NCBI GenBank assembly: GCA_021295915.1
Contig: JAGWBK010000022.1
Span: 22,740 to 86,739, forward strand
Origin: Dehalococcoidia bacterium
Lineage (GTDB): Bacteria; Chloroflexota; Dehalococcoidia; Lucifugimonadales; UBA1123
Direction: 5' to 3'
Length of the DNA stretch: 64,000 nucleotides
Below are positions 34,927 to 44,657 of the stretch, in pieces; the stretch's first letter is position 1, and each line of letters begins with the position of its first letter. A model generated the notes under the pieces. It was not told the DNA's origin. It searched no databases and saw only the letters and a program-made list of their open reading frames with translations. The position numbers and the translations under genes were made by a program.

Positions 34927-36543
34927 ATGGCACAAGAACGCTTCGATCCAGTATCCCTTGAGATCATGTGGAGCAGGATGCTCAACGTGGCCGAGGAGAT
35001 GTGGTCCACCATCCTGCGCACGGCGGTCTCGACGATCAGCGAGGTCCTCGACGCTGAGGGTCGTTCAATCGCGCACGCTTATCGTTCCATGCCGGTCTTC
35101 AACATGACCATGCCGAACGTCACCAAGGAGATACTCAAGAAGTATCCGGTGGAGTCGATGCACCCAGGTGACGTGTACATGACAAACGACCCGTGGATGT
35201 GCGCCGGTCACCTGCCGGACATCGCTATAGTGTCGCCCGTTATCCACCAGGGTCGGTTCGTGGGATTCGTCGGCAACATCGCCAATACGTCAGACATTGG
35301 CGGTTCTCTCGACGCCAAGGCGGTCACGGACTCTTACGAAGAGGGCATCTTCTTCCCATTGTGCAAACTTTACGACAAGGGAGAACCGAACGAACTGGCC
35401 TTCGACATGTTTAAGTGGAACGTGCGCGGGCCTGAAATGGTGCTGACCGACATCGAGGCGCAGGTAGCTGCGAACCAGGTCGGGGCGCGGCGTTTCGTAG
35501 ACTTCCTTGACGAGTACATGCTGGAGGACCTAACAGAGCTGTCAGAGGCGATTCGCGGACGTTCCGAGACCGCTATGCGCCGTGCCATCGCTGAGCTTCC
35601 AGACGGAGAGTACACCAACGAGGTCTACACCGACGGCATGGGAGACCCCCTGCTCATCAAGGTTCGCATTGAGATCAAGGGCGACGAGATCGCTGTGGAT
35701 TTCGACGGCTCCGCGCCGCAAATCGACCGCGGGGGCCTGAACTGCACAATGATCTACAGCCAGGGTCACACCTACTACCCGCTGGCGTGTCTGCTCACTC
35801 CTGACGTGCCAGTAAACGAGGGGTGCTTCGAGCCGATCTCAGTCACCGCACCCGAGGGCTCGATCATCAACTGCACGTTCCCTGTGTCGGTTGGCTCGCG
35901 TACCAACACAGGCTGGTATATTCACGGCTGCATATTCGGCGCACTCGCAAAGGCGATTCCAGAGCAGATACAGTCGGGCAACGGGCTGATGTCCTCCATC
36001 CGCACCTACGGAAGCGAGGCGGACGGTCGCGTCTTCAACGCCCACCTGTTCTGCGGCGGCGGAAGGGGAGCTACAAGCCGGAGCGACGGCATGGGACTGA
36101 ATATGTTCCCGTCGAGCGCGTCCAACGTGCCCGTCGAGGTGTTCGAGGTGAGCAGTCCGGCACTCATCGTGGGCAAGGAGCTTATGCCAGACTCAGCCGG
36201 AAGCGGCAAGTACAGGGGCGCGCCCGGCCAGAGGGTCACAGTCGGCAAGCTGCCATCGTACGAGAGTCCGCTGAACGTCTACTTCCACCCGAACAGGCTG
36301 TCTTTCGCACCACAGGGCATCTTCGGGGGCAAGGCCGGGACCAAGACCAACGTCATCGTCAACGGCGAGATGATAAGCGATGATCCAGCCTCGATGACTT
36401 CCGGCTACGTCAGCCTGCGCGACACGGACGACAGGCTGGTTCTGGAGTTCCCCAGTGGCGCCGGAGCAGGCGATCCGGCCGAGCGTGACTCTGAGCTCAT
36501 GGAACGCGATGTCAGAAACGGTCTGGTGACCGGAGAGGACTAG
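34927..36543 (+). CDS. hyuB: Hydantoinase B/oxoprolinase subunit
   Basis: 538 aa with DPVSLEIMWSRMLNVAEEM, TNDPWMCAGHLPD and GGGGRGA motifs. Starts 1 nt after the hyuA stop. Confidence 0.9.
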   Translation: MAQERFDPVSLEIMWSRMLNVAEEMWSTILRTAVSTISEVLDAEGRSIAHAYRSMPVFNMTMPNVTKEILKKYPVESMHPGDVYMTNDPWMCAGHLPDIAIVSPVIHQGRFVGFVGNIANTSDIGGSLDAKAVTDSYEEGIFFPLCKLYDKGEPNELAFDMFKWNVRGPEMVLTDIEAQVAANQVGARRFVDFLDEYMLEDLTELSEAIRGRSETAMRRAIAELPDGEYTNEVYTDGMGDPLLIKVRIEIKGDEIAVDFDGSAPQIDRGGLNCTMIYSQGHTYYPLACLLTPDVPVNEGCFEPISVTAPEGSIINCTFPVSVGSRTNTGWYIHGCIFGALAKAIPEQIQSGNGLMSSIRTYGSEADGRVFNAHLFCGGGRGATSRSDGMGLNMFPSSASNVPVEVFEVSSPALIVGKELMPDSAGSGKYRGAPGQRVTVGKLPSYESPLNVYFHPNRLSFAPQGIFGGKAGTKTNVIVNGEMISDDPASMTSGYVSLRDTDDRLVLEFPSGAGAGDPAERDSELMERDVRNGLVTGED

Positions 36544-36797
36544 TTCTAGACCGTCCCTCACACGTTAATGATGAGTTGGATGTTGCTCTTTCGGACGCTC
36601 TTGCAGAGGTCTTTCATCCTAATCAATAGCTGATAGAAGCTTGGTCAGACGGTACTGGGATGGCGGCCTGATCGCCGTTCACATTCCTCACCCGTCCAGA
36701 TAACTCGACCTCAGGGGCTGTCCCTCGCCTATACTCATTAGCAGACTGGCGTCCTGAGTGCGCCTGCGCGACAACGACTAAGCCACAGGACCAATAG

Positions 36798-39700
36798 ATG
36801 GAAGAGATATTCGGCGTCGACACTAATCTGATCATGATCGGTGTCGTCATAGGATTCCTGCTGATCGTCGTAGGCATCGGCGCACTTGCGCTCCTCAACC
36901 GTATCGTCCTCAAGATCGGACTACGCAACATCCCACGCAGGCCAGCGCAGACGGCCCTGATAGTAGTCGGCCTAATGCTCAGCACGCTGATCATCTCGTC
37001 GGCGCTTGGCACCGGCGATACGATGAACCACTCCATCAGGCTAGGGGCAACCAAGGGCCTCGGCGAGATTGACGAGCTTCTTACGGCAAATCTGGCATCA
37101 GGCCTGGGCCGCCCGGGCGGCCTGACTGGCAGCAGCCCTTACTTCCCGATGGAGAAGGTTGACGAGCTGCGACGTGAGCTCGAAGGGTACGACAAGATTG
37201 ATGGATTTGCCCCGTTCATTTCGGAGCGCGCTCCCATCGCCAACCTGACGAGCCAGCAGAACGTCGGTCGGATGAACATCGTGGGCATAGAGGCTGGGAA
37301 CAGCGGTGTCTTTGGACGTTTTTCGTCCATCGACGGAACGGCGCTCGATACTTCAGCGCTTACGGGGAAGAGAGCGTTCCTCAACGATACTGCTCGGGAG
37401 GAGCTGGACGCATCGGTCGGAGATGACCTCGTCATGTATCTGGAGAGCGGCTCCGTCGAACTGGAAGTCGCAGGCATCGCCGAGAACGGCGGCCTGACGG
37501 GGGATGACCCCACCGCCCTGATCTCGATTCCGCAGGCCCAGACATTCTTCGATCGCCACGGTCAGGTTAATACAGTGGCCATATCCAACAGGGGCGATGC
37601 CGGGGAGGGAGCCAAGCTCAGCGATGAGGTAACCGAGCACCTGAGGTCCATCCTTACCGACCGCGATGTCGCGCATCAAATCAAGGACCTTCTCAACAGC
37701 CCTGAGATCGTCGCACAGATAAGGGCCAACGCCGATGACCTACCCGATGGCACCAAGGAGGACATGCTCGAGTTTGCCGACCTGATAGAGGCGCGCGACC
37801 TCGATTCCAAGCTGGTCTCCTATCTTGCAGACGACGCTATATCGGCGCAGGCTCTGATCGCCCTGGAAGAGACGACCTCAGATCCCGTACAGGTCTTTGC
37901 AGCCTTCGGACTCTTCAGTGACCTGAAGACCCTGAGTGTCCAGGACATCAAGTCCGATCTCCTGGACTTCGCGACCACCATCGCCAGCGGAATCCTGTCG
38001 ATATTCATCATCATGGGCCTGTTCTCGATGATGGCTGGCGTTATGTTGATATTCCTGATCTTCGTCATGCTTGCTGCTGAGCGAAAGCCCGAAATGGGAA
38101 TCGCCCGGGCCGTGGGCATGAGAAGGCGCCACCTTGTGCAGTCGTTCATCTACGAGGGACTTGCGTACGACCTCATCTCGGCGCTCGTTGGCGCGCTGCT
38201 GGGAATCGGAGTCGGGCTGGCCATGGTCAGCATCATGGCCAACATCTTCGCCAGCGAGGAAAACGGCTTCGAGCTTGTGATGAACTACCGCTGGCAGAGC
38301 TTCCTGATCTCTTACTGCCTCGGCGTGGTACTGACTTTCGTAACAGTGTTCTTCTCATCGTACAGGGCCAGCCGATTGAACATCGTAGCGGCGATACGGG
38401 ACCTTCCTGACGTGCTCGAGTCGGCAGCAGAAGGATCAAGGCTGAGAACGCTGCTTCTGGCCATCGCAACGCCGTTCGTCAGCCTTGCACGGGCGTGGCG
38501 GGCCCTGCGTCAGGGTAGAATCAGGTCGTCGCTGGCAAACCTGTTGATTGGCCTCTTCAAATTGCTGCCCCCAGTGTGGGCAGCGCTCATACTGTGGTCG
38601 CTGGCACGGGTATCGACCGTAGCCATTTCCAGGGGCTGGCTAACGTTTGTGGCCGGCGTCGCGCTCTCTGTCGTCGGTCTGACGTCCGGTCAGCTTGCTC
38701 CGTTCAGCATTGGTGTGACGATCACGGTGATCGGCATCGGCCTCATGCTCAGGTGGTTGTTCGACAGCCCAAGCTGGGACGCTCGCAGGCAGACCCTTCT
38801 GACAGGAGCACTGGTCCTGCTGGTAGCAGCTTTCTGGATTGGCATCGGTATCGCCAAGGGTCAGGTCCTGACGATAGCTGTCGCCGCCGCAGTTGCCGCA
38901 TTCGAGGTTATAAGGCAGATCAGCCTTGCCAGGGAGACCGCGACTGTTACAGACCTGGAATCACGAAATGCATTTACGTTCACCGGGCTGACACTGATGC
39001 TCTTCTGGGGCACGCCTTTCGGCTCGCTTGACTGGATCGTGCCTGAGCTGAGCGGCAATATCGAGATGTTCTTCGTATCCGGCGTTTGCCTCGTCCTGGC
39101 GGCTGTATGGGTCATCGTGTACAACTCAGACCTGATAACCGACGCGATGACAGCCGCGTTCGGACGCTACTCGCGAATCAGACCCGCGCTCAAGACCGCG
39201 ATTGCCTACCCGCTCGACTCCCGCCTGAGGACCGGTCTGACGCTGGCAATGCTGGCCCTGGTCATCTTCACGCTAATTGTGATGTCTATGCTGAACACCG
39301 CCTTCGCCGATGCGCTGTCGGATGTGGACTCGGTGACTGGTGGATGGGATATCACTGGGGTAGTTAGCTACAACAACCCGATTGATGACATCGAGGCCGA
39401 ACTGCCCTCAGCGCTGGGAGACGATGCCGGACAGATCACCGGTGTGGGCGGATACACGTCCATGCCTGTCGAGATGAGGCAGGTTGGGGCCAAGAACCAG
39501 GAGTGGGAGTCATACGGTGCTAGCGGAGCCGACACGAACTTCCTGGACAAAACCGGACACAAGTTCAAGATCATCGCCGATGGATACGGCACGACGGAAC
39601 AGGAGGTCTGGGCCGCCCTGCAGGATAACCCAACCCTGGCGGTCATCGATGCGGTGGCCGTCCCGTCGCGCGATGGCGGAGGGTTCAACTTCGGCGGACC

Positions 39701-40436
39701 TGAATTCAGGGTCGAAGGCCTCTACTTCGAGGACGAGGAGATGGACCCGATCGAGATACAGGTCCGAGACCCCCGTGAGGGCGGCGTAACCACTGTGACT
39801 GTTATCGGAGTCATGGACGCTCTGAGCGATCACAACGGAGTGGTGATCTTCTCCAAGTCCGTGCTGGACGGCATCTCTCCTGAGCCCCTGCCAATTACGA
39901 CTTACAGGTTCATCGTGAGTGAAGGTGGAGACGTGAAGTCGATTGCCATGCGGCTGGACTCGGCCTTTTTCGAGAACGGGCTTGAGACAACTGTACTGGA
40001 GGAAGTGCTCGAGGAAGCGCGTGAACAGAGCCTTGCAATCAACAGGCTGTTGCAGGGTTTCATGGCCTCCGGTCTGCTGGTGGGAATAGCAGCGCTGGGT
40101 GTTATCAGCCTGCGTGCGGTCGTGGAACGTCGACAGCAGATCGGCGTGCTGCGAGCTATCGGGTACAGGCGAGGAATGGTGCTGGCCAGCTTCCTGATGG
40201 AGTCGAGTTTTGTGGCGCTGCTGGGTATCCTTCTCGGTGTGGCACTCGGCGCACTGCTTTCGTACAACCTGGTGAATTCCATTGGCGAAGACATACCCGG
40301 TCTGAAGTTCACGATTCCGTGGCTGCAGATAGGCACCATAATTGCGATTGCATACGCCTTCTCACTGCTGACCACGTTCCTTCCGGCCAGGCAGGCGTCT
40401 CGGATTTACCCGGCAGAAGCCTTGAGGTACGAGTAG
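36798..40436 (+). CDS. Large ABC-type permease with two FtsX/MacB-like domains
   Basis: 1212 aa with TM clusters around aa 20-60, 385-520, 590-830 and 1080-1212, separated by two large soluble regions. FtsX-type C-terminal ends (AERKPEMGIARAVGMRR.. and ERRQQIGVLRAIGYRR..). Confidence 0.8.
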   Translation: MEEIFGVDTNLIMIGVVIGFLLIVVGIGALALLNRIVLKIGLRNIPRRPAQTALIVVGLMLSTLIISSALGTGDTMNHSIRLGATKGLGEIDELLTANLASGLGRPGGLTGSSPYFPMEKVDELRRELEGYDKIDGFAPFISERAPIANLTSQQNVGRMNIVGIEAGNSGVFGRFSSIDGTALDTSALTGKRAFLNDTAREELDASVGDDLVMYLESGSVELEVAGIAENGGLTGDDPTALISIPQAQTFFDRHGQVNTVAISNRGDAGEGAKLSDEVTEHLRSILTDRDVAHQIKDLLNSPEIVAQIRANADDLPDGTKEDMLEFADLIEARDLDSKLVSYLADDAISAQALIALEETTSDPVQVFAAFGLFSDLKTLSVQDIKSDLLDFATTIASGILSIFIIMGLFSMMAGVMLIFLIFVMLAAERKPEMGIARAVGMRRRHLVQSFIYEGLAYDLISALVGALLGIGVGLAMVSIMANIFASEENGFELVMNYRWQSFLISYCLGVVLTFVTVFFSSYRASRLNIVAAIRDLPDVLESAAEGSRLRTLLLAIATPFVSLARAWRALRQGRIRSSLANLLIGLFKLLPPVWAALILWSLARVSTVAISRGWLTFVAGVALSVVGLTSGQLAPFSIGVTITVIGIGLMLRWLFDSPSWDARRQTLLTGALVLLVAAFWIGIGIAKGQVLTIAVAAAVAAFEVIRQISLARETATVTDLESRNAFTFTGLTLMLFWGTPFGSLDWIVPELSGNIEMFFVSGVCLVLAAVWVIVYNSDLITDAMTAAFGRYSRIRPALKTAIAYPLDSRLRTGLTLAMLALVIFTLIVMSMLNTAFADALSDVDSVTGGWDITGVVSYNNPIDDIEAELPSALGDDAGQITGVGGYTSMPVEMRQVGAKNQEWESYGASGADTNFLDKTGHKFKIIADGYGTTEQEVWAALQDNPTLAVIDAVAVPSRDGGGFNFGGPEFRVEGLYFEDEEMDPIEIQVRDPREGGVTTVTVIGVMDALSDHNGVVIFSKSVLDGISPEPLPITTYRFIVSEGGDVKSIAMRLDSAFFENGLETTVLEEVLEEAREQSLAINRLLQGFMASGLLVGIAALGVISLRAVVERRQQIGVLRAIGYRRGMVLASFLMESSFVALLGILLGVALGALLSYNLVNSIGEDIPGLKFTIPWLQIGTIIAIAYAFSLLTTFLPARQASRIYPAEALRYE

Positions 40437-40442
40437 CTGACC

Positions 40443-41444
40443 ATGTGGGACGCCGTGGGACATGAAAGAGCGGTGGCCGCCCTGCAGCGCGGTCTCGACT
40501 CGGATCGCGTCTCGCATTCGTCCCTGATTGCTGGACCACCTCAGGTGGGCAAGACCACCCTTGCACTCGACATCGCCCGCGCCGTCAACTGCGAGTCCGA
40601 CGACAGGCCGTGCAGTGATTGCGGTCAGTGCAGACGCATCTCCTCAGGGATCCACCCTGATGTGCGCGTCGTCGGGCTGGAGAAAGCCAGGTCCGGCAGG
40701 CTCCGCACTCTCATAAGCATCGAGCAGGTGCGCGACATACAGCGCGAGATCAGCCTGCTCCCATTCGAAGGCAGGTACAGGGTCATAATCTTTGAGAACG
40801 CCGAGCTGTTCAGCGAAGAGGCCGCCAACAGCCTGCTTAAGACTCTCGAGGAGCCTCCTGAAAGTGTGCTGATCATCCTGGTGGCAACCGACACGCGGGC
40901 ATTGCTGCCGACCATCGTCTCACGGTGCCGGCTGGTACAGCTCAGGCCAGTGCCCACGGCGACGATCGCCGACCTGCTGGTGGAACGAAAGAGCCTGAGC
41001 GCAGACAGGGCCCGGGAGATCGCCGGGATTGCTTCCGGTCGTGTCGGCTGGGCTGTCCAGGCGGCTGAGGACCCGGACATGCTTAAGCGCGTGTCGGACG
41101 TGCTGGACGAGGTCGAGACAGTGGTCAGAAGTCCCCTGACAGAGAGATTCGACTACGCAGCCTCACTTGCAGACCGCTTCCCACGTGACCGCCGATCGGT
41201 CTATTCGGAACTGGAACTGTGGCTCTCCTGGTGGCGAGATGTGTTGCTGATCGGGCAGGAGAGGCCGGAGTTAGTTTCTAACGTCAGCAGACTGGAATCA
41301 CTGTCAAGAGCGGCCGAAAGCCTGGCGCCGACTTCGGTCACGAACGCGATCAGGACTGTCATGCGTACGACGTTCCTGCTGGAACGGAATGTCTCGCCCA
41401 GACTGGCTCTCGAAGGCATGATGCTGAAGCTGCCTGCGGTGTAG
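40443..41444 (+). CDS. holB: DNA polymerase III subunit delta'
   Basis: 333 aa with HSSLIAGPPQVGKTTLA, the CxxCxxC zinc module (CSDCGQCRRI), and SRCRLVQLRP. Confidence 0.9.
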   Translation: MWDAVGHERAVAALQRGLDSDRVSHSSLIAGPPQVGKTTLALDIARAVNCESDDRPCSDCGQCRRISSGIHPDVRVVGLEKARSGRLRTLISIEQVRDIQREISLLPFEGRYRVIIFENAELFSEEAANSLLKTLEEPPESVLIILVATDTRALLPTIVSRCRLVQLRPVPTATIADLLVERKSLSADRAREIAGIASGRVGWAVQAAEDPDMLKRVSDVLDEVETVVRSPLTERFDYAASLADRFPRDRRSVYSELELWLSWWRDVLLIGQERPELVSNVSRLESLSRAAESLAPTSVTNAIRTVMRTTFLLERNVSPRLALEGMMLKLPAV

Positions 41445-41523
41445 GCACGTGCTGATCGTCGGCAAGCACAGAGTTCACACTTTGTCGATTACAAGCGATG
41501 CCGCACAAGTAATCTAACCCTAA

Positions 41524-41670
41524 CCCTCTCCCTGAGAGCTGACAGGGGTAGGTATTCGCAAATCGTCATTCCGGCGGCGGCCGGAATCCAGGGGGTAGGA
41601 GTGTCCTTCGACAAGCTCAGGACGAACGAATTATCGTTCTATCTACCCCTGTCAGCCCTCAGGGAGAGGG
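41524..41670. mobile_element. MITE-like 147-bp element with 28-bp terminal inverted repeats (27/28 match) enclosing fragments of repeat families C and A
   Basis: Left arm CCCTCTCCCTGAGAGCTGACAGGGGTAG (41524-41551). The right arm (41643-41670) is its reverse complement with one mismatch. No coding capacity and no obvious target-site duplication. Confidence 0.5.
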
Positions 41671-41698
41671 GACTTCGGATTGAGCTGGTGCAATAGGG

Positions 41699-41938
41699 GT
41701 GCGAATAGTGCCAAACATCGTCGGGGTCAGGCTGTCGTCATCGGGCCGCGTTCGCTTCTGCGATCCGGGAACGCTTTCCCTGAGTCCCGGAGATCGGGTC
41801 GAGATCGAGACAGACGACGGTTCAGCCGTGGGGAGAGTCGCTATTGGCTCAGACCAGGTGGTCCACTCCGACCTGAAGGGGCCACTCTATCGCGTAATCA
41901 GGCTCGTCGAACGGACCGCCATGGGCAACGCTCCCTGA
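41699..41938 (+). CDS. Short PSP1/RicT (YaaT)-like N-terminal fragment protein
   Basis: 79 aa. VGVRLSSSGRVRFCDPGTLSLSPGDRVEIETDDGSAVGRVAIGS...LYRVIRLVE parallels the first ~70 aa of YaaT (VGVRFKKAGKIYYFDP..GDWVIVET.RG.EYGKV). The usual position after holB is kept, but the PSP1 core is absent. Confidence 0.55.
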   Translation: MRIVPNIVGVRLSSSGRVRFCDPGTLSLSPGDRVEIETDDGSAVGRVAIGSDQVVHSDLKGPLYRVIRLVERTAMGNAP

Positions 41939-41947
41939 ACCTGTCGG

Positions 41948-42502
41948 TCAGTTCAGCCAGGGCATGAACGGTCGCCACTCGTCCTGGATCTCGCGATGGT
42001 GGAACATGTAGTACGGGTTCGGCTTGGGGACGTCGGGCTCGCGCATCAGCTTCATGTGTGCCTCTCGCGGAGTCCGTCCGGCCTTGCGATGGTTGCACGG
42101 TATGCAGGCGCTGACCACGTTATCCCATGTGTGCGGACCCTTTCGCCACCTGGGAACGATATGGTCCAGCGTCAACTGCCGGGTCTGCTTTCCGCAGTAC
42201 TGGCACATGAACCCGTCACGGTAGAAGACCGCCTGTCGAGAGAGCCTGCGCCGCATTACGGGTCGCTTGACCATGTAAACCAGCCGGATCACAGACGGCG
42301 CCGGGAAGAGGTCGGAGACGCTCCTTATGTAGCCGCGGCCGTTCTCGATCAGCTCCGCCTTGCCGCGTCCTACAAGCACCAGCGCCCTTCTCACGTTGCA
42401 GATGTTGAGGGGCTGGTAGTTCTGGTTTAGTACCAGCACAGGCGATTGTATGGTCGCCGTTGAGCTCATGTGCGTCTTCCGAGAGCCGGTTCTGAGTCCC
42501 AA
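41948..42502 (-). CDS. HNH endonuclease family protein
   Basis: 184 aa with CQYCGKQTRQLTLDHIVPRWRKGPHTWDNVVSACIPCNHRK. Confidence 0.9.
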   Translation of the reverse strand: MGLRTGSRKTHMSSTATIQSPVLVLNQNYQPLNICNVRRALVLVGRGKAELIENGRGYIRSVSDLFPAPSVIRLVYMVKRPVMRRRLSRQAVFYRDGFMCQYCGKQTRQLTLDHIVPRWRKGPHTWDNVVSACIPCNHRKAGRTPREAHMKLMREPDVPKPNPYYMFHHREIQDEWRPFMPWLN

Positions 42503-42625
42503 GCCGTGCGATTATCTTAAGTCAGGTCTCCTCTAGCGCCCTAGTCTATCGCAAACCCAACCGCGTCTACCATACCGGGAGGAGCGAATCGCAAGAACTT
42601 GAGAAAGGCTACCGGGGTCCGCACA

Positions 42626-43231
42626 CTAGCCCATGTTCTGGTCCAGGATGTCGAGGCCCATGTCGAAGTCGTCGGGGACGAGGCCCAGCATACTCTCAGG
42701 GAGCGCGTCTCTAACTGACATGAAGACGGAGACTCCGCTGGACTCGGTCAGCGCACTCACAAGAGCCTCCCGCTGGTTCTCGATTGAGACGATCCCTGGT
42801 CCCCTGCCGGGCAACTCGCTGGTCGGGACCTCTATGGTGAAGTCGAATGCGAGCCTGGACAGCATTATGATTACGGCACAGACGACTACCAGACCGACGA
42901 TGCCGCCCAGGATCACGCCTCCGATCCTGTCAGTCATGCCTACGGCTCCCAGCGTTCCTATGTTCAGCGCCGTTCGGATCAGGCCCCCGATCTTGACCAC
43001 CACCAACGTTGCGAGGGCGATGACTATCCAGTACGCCATCGCGGTGATTAGCGAGTCGGCGAACGCGACGCTTCCCGCCAGCCCTCCGACGTCATCCGCG
43101 TATCTGCCTGCGAGCCACCACCCTACCACCACACCGATGGCCACGAAGACCGTCTGCAGGATGCCTGTTTTCAATCCCCAAACGAGTGCGGCTGCCAGGA
43201 TGACCAGCAGCAAGATGTCGAACCAGTTCAT
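42626..43231 (-). CDS. cvpA: CvpA-family membrane protein
   Basis: 201 aa with MNWFDILLLVILAAALVWGLKTGILQ and 4 TM segments. Confidence 0.8.
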   Translation of the reverse strand: MNWFDILLLVILAAALVWGLKTGILQTVFVAIGVVVGWWLAGRYADDVGGLAGSVAFADSLITAMAYWIVIALATLVVVKIGGLIRTALNIGTLGAVGMTDRIGGVILGGIVGLVVVCAVIIMLSRLAFDFTIEVPTSELPGRGPGIVSIENQREALVSALTESSGVSVFMSVRDALPESMLGLVPDDFDMGLDILDQNMG

Positions 43232-43309
43232 AGACGTCCTCTGATATAAGGTTGCGCGGTAAGATTATCCCAATCCTGTGAGACGTTCTAGCGAAATTGT
43301 GAGGTCGGC

Positions 43310-44566
43310 ATGACTTCAAACTACGAAGAAGACTCGCGTGAGACCGATCTCTGGCTCGTGGCCAGGGACAGTGGGATCAGCAGGCGTCGCATTTTGCAAC
43401 TGCTCTCTATGGGTGGTGCAGCGGCGGTGCTGGCAGCCTGCAGTGGTATAGGATTCCCGCAGTCTTCAGATTCAGATGCCGGAGGTGTCAGCGCCCCAGG
43501 TCAGGATGAGTTCCCTGGTTGGTTCAAGGATCCGGAGCCGTTCATCCAACGAAAGGCTAGCCTTGAAGCCAGGTTGGAAAATATGCAGGGCGTCATTACT
43601 CCTAACCGGCTATTCTTCGTGCGAAACAACTCCGCGAGTATCGACATCAATTCGGACTCCTGGCGTTTAACCGTTGAGGGAGACGCAGTCGCCAATCCGT
43701 TGGAGCTGTCGCTTCGAGACGTCCGAATCATGCCAAGCCGCACGCTTGTCTCGTACCTTGAGTGCGCAGGCAATCACCGCGCGATGTTCAACCTTGTCAA
43801 TGGGCAGGAGGCGCCGGGCACACAGTGGGAAAGGGGCGCCATCGGTAACGGTGAGTGGACGGGCGTTCGGCTCTCGGATGTTCTCGAACGGGCCGGCATC
43901 ACCGGGGACGCCGCCAGCGTGCTCTTGGTGGATCTCGACAGAGACTCGCCTGAGGAAGGCTTCCGCAGGGTTATGCCCATAGACAAGGCGATGCACCCTG
44001 ACACCATCCTGGCCTATGCACTGAACGGCGAGACTCTGCCAAGGGACCACGGATACCCACTGAGAGTCGTGACTCCTGGATGGGTGGGAAGTTCATGGAT
44101 CAAGTGGCTCGGACAAATCATCGTGTCCTCTGAGCAGCAGTGGACGCGCAACAACACGACCTCGTACGTACTCATCGGTGATGACTATCAGCCCGAAGGT
44201 GCGGCAGACGGGCAGGTGGTCACTACGCAGTCGATTAAGAGCGCGCTCGCGCTGCCGTGGCCTGCTGAGTTGGGCGCCGGTCGGCATCTTGTCCACGGGT
44301 ACGCCCACTCGCCACACGGATCTATATCCAGGGTGGAGTGGAGCACAGACTCAGGCGCAAACTGGAAGTCAGCCAACATCGAGGAATCGCAGCTCAGGTA
44401 CTCATGGGTGCGTTTCGAGTTCGAATGGGACGCCAGTCCTGGTGAGTTCACTCTCATGACACGAGCCACCGATTCTGTGGGCAACACCCAGCCCGACAGC
44501 GTCCCGTTCAACGCGAAGGGCTACCTGTTCAACCAGCCGCTTCCTCACCCCATACGGGTGTCGTGA
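43310..44566 (+). CDS. Sulfite-oxidase-family molybdopterin oxidoreductase with a Tat signal and possible lipobox
   Basis: 418 aa with SRRRILQLLSMGGAAAVLAAC, the Mo-ligand context YLECAGNHR, and a C-terminal dimerisation (Ig-like) domain. Confidence 0.85.
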   Translation: MTSNYEEDSRETDLWLVARDSGISRRRILQLLSMGGAAAVLAACSGIGFPQSSDSDAGGVSAPGQDEFPGWFKDPEPFIQRKASLEARLENMQGVITPNRLFFVRNNSASIDINSDSWRLTVEGDAVANPLELSLRDVRIMPSRTLVSYLECAGNHRAMFNLVNGQEAPGTQWERGAIGNGEWTGVRLSDVLERAGITGDAASVLLVDLDRDSPEEGFRRVMPIDKAMHPDTILAYALNGETLPRDHGYPLRVVTPGWVGSSWIKWLGQIIVSSEQQWTRNNTTSYVLIGDDYQPEGAADGQVVTTQSIKSALALPWPAELGAGRHLVHGYAHSPHGSISRVEWSTDSGANWKSANIEESQLRYSWVRFEFEWDASPGEFTLMTRATDSVGNTQPDSVPFNAKGYLFNQPLPHPIRVS

Positions 44567-44657
44567 CTGGACTCTCGAATCGGCACAAATGCTGAATAGA
44601 AGAGACCCGCGACGACCACGAGAGACAAATCGCCGCGGGCCAAAGGGAGGAGATGAA

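Noticed and set aside
36623-37054. 143-aa minus-strand ORF across the FtsX permease start region.
   Set aside because: It is antisense to the permease N-terminus and has no SD or motifs.
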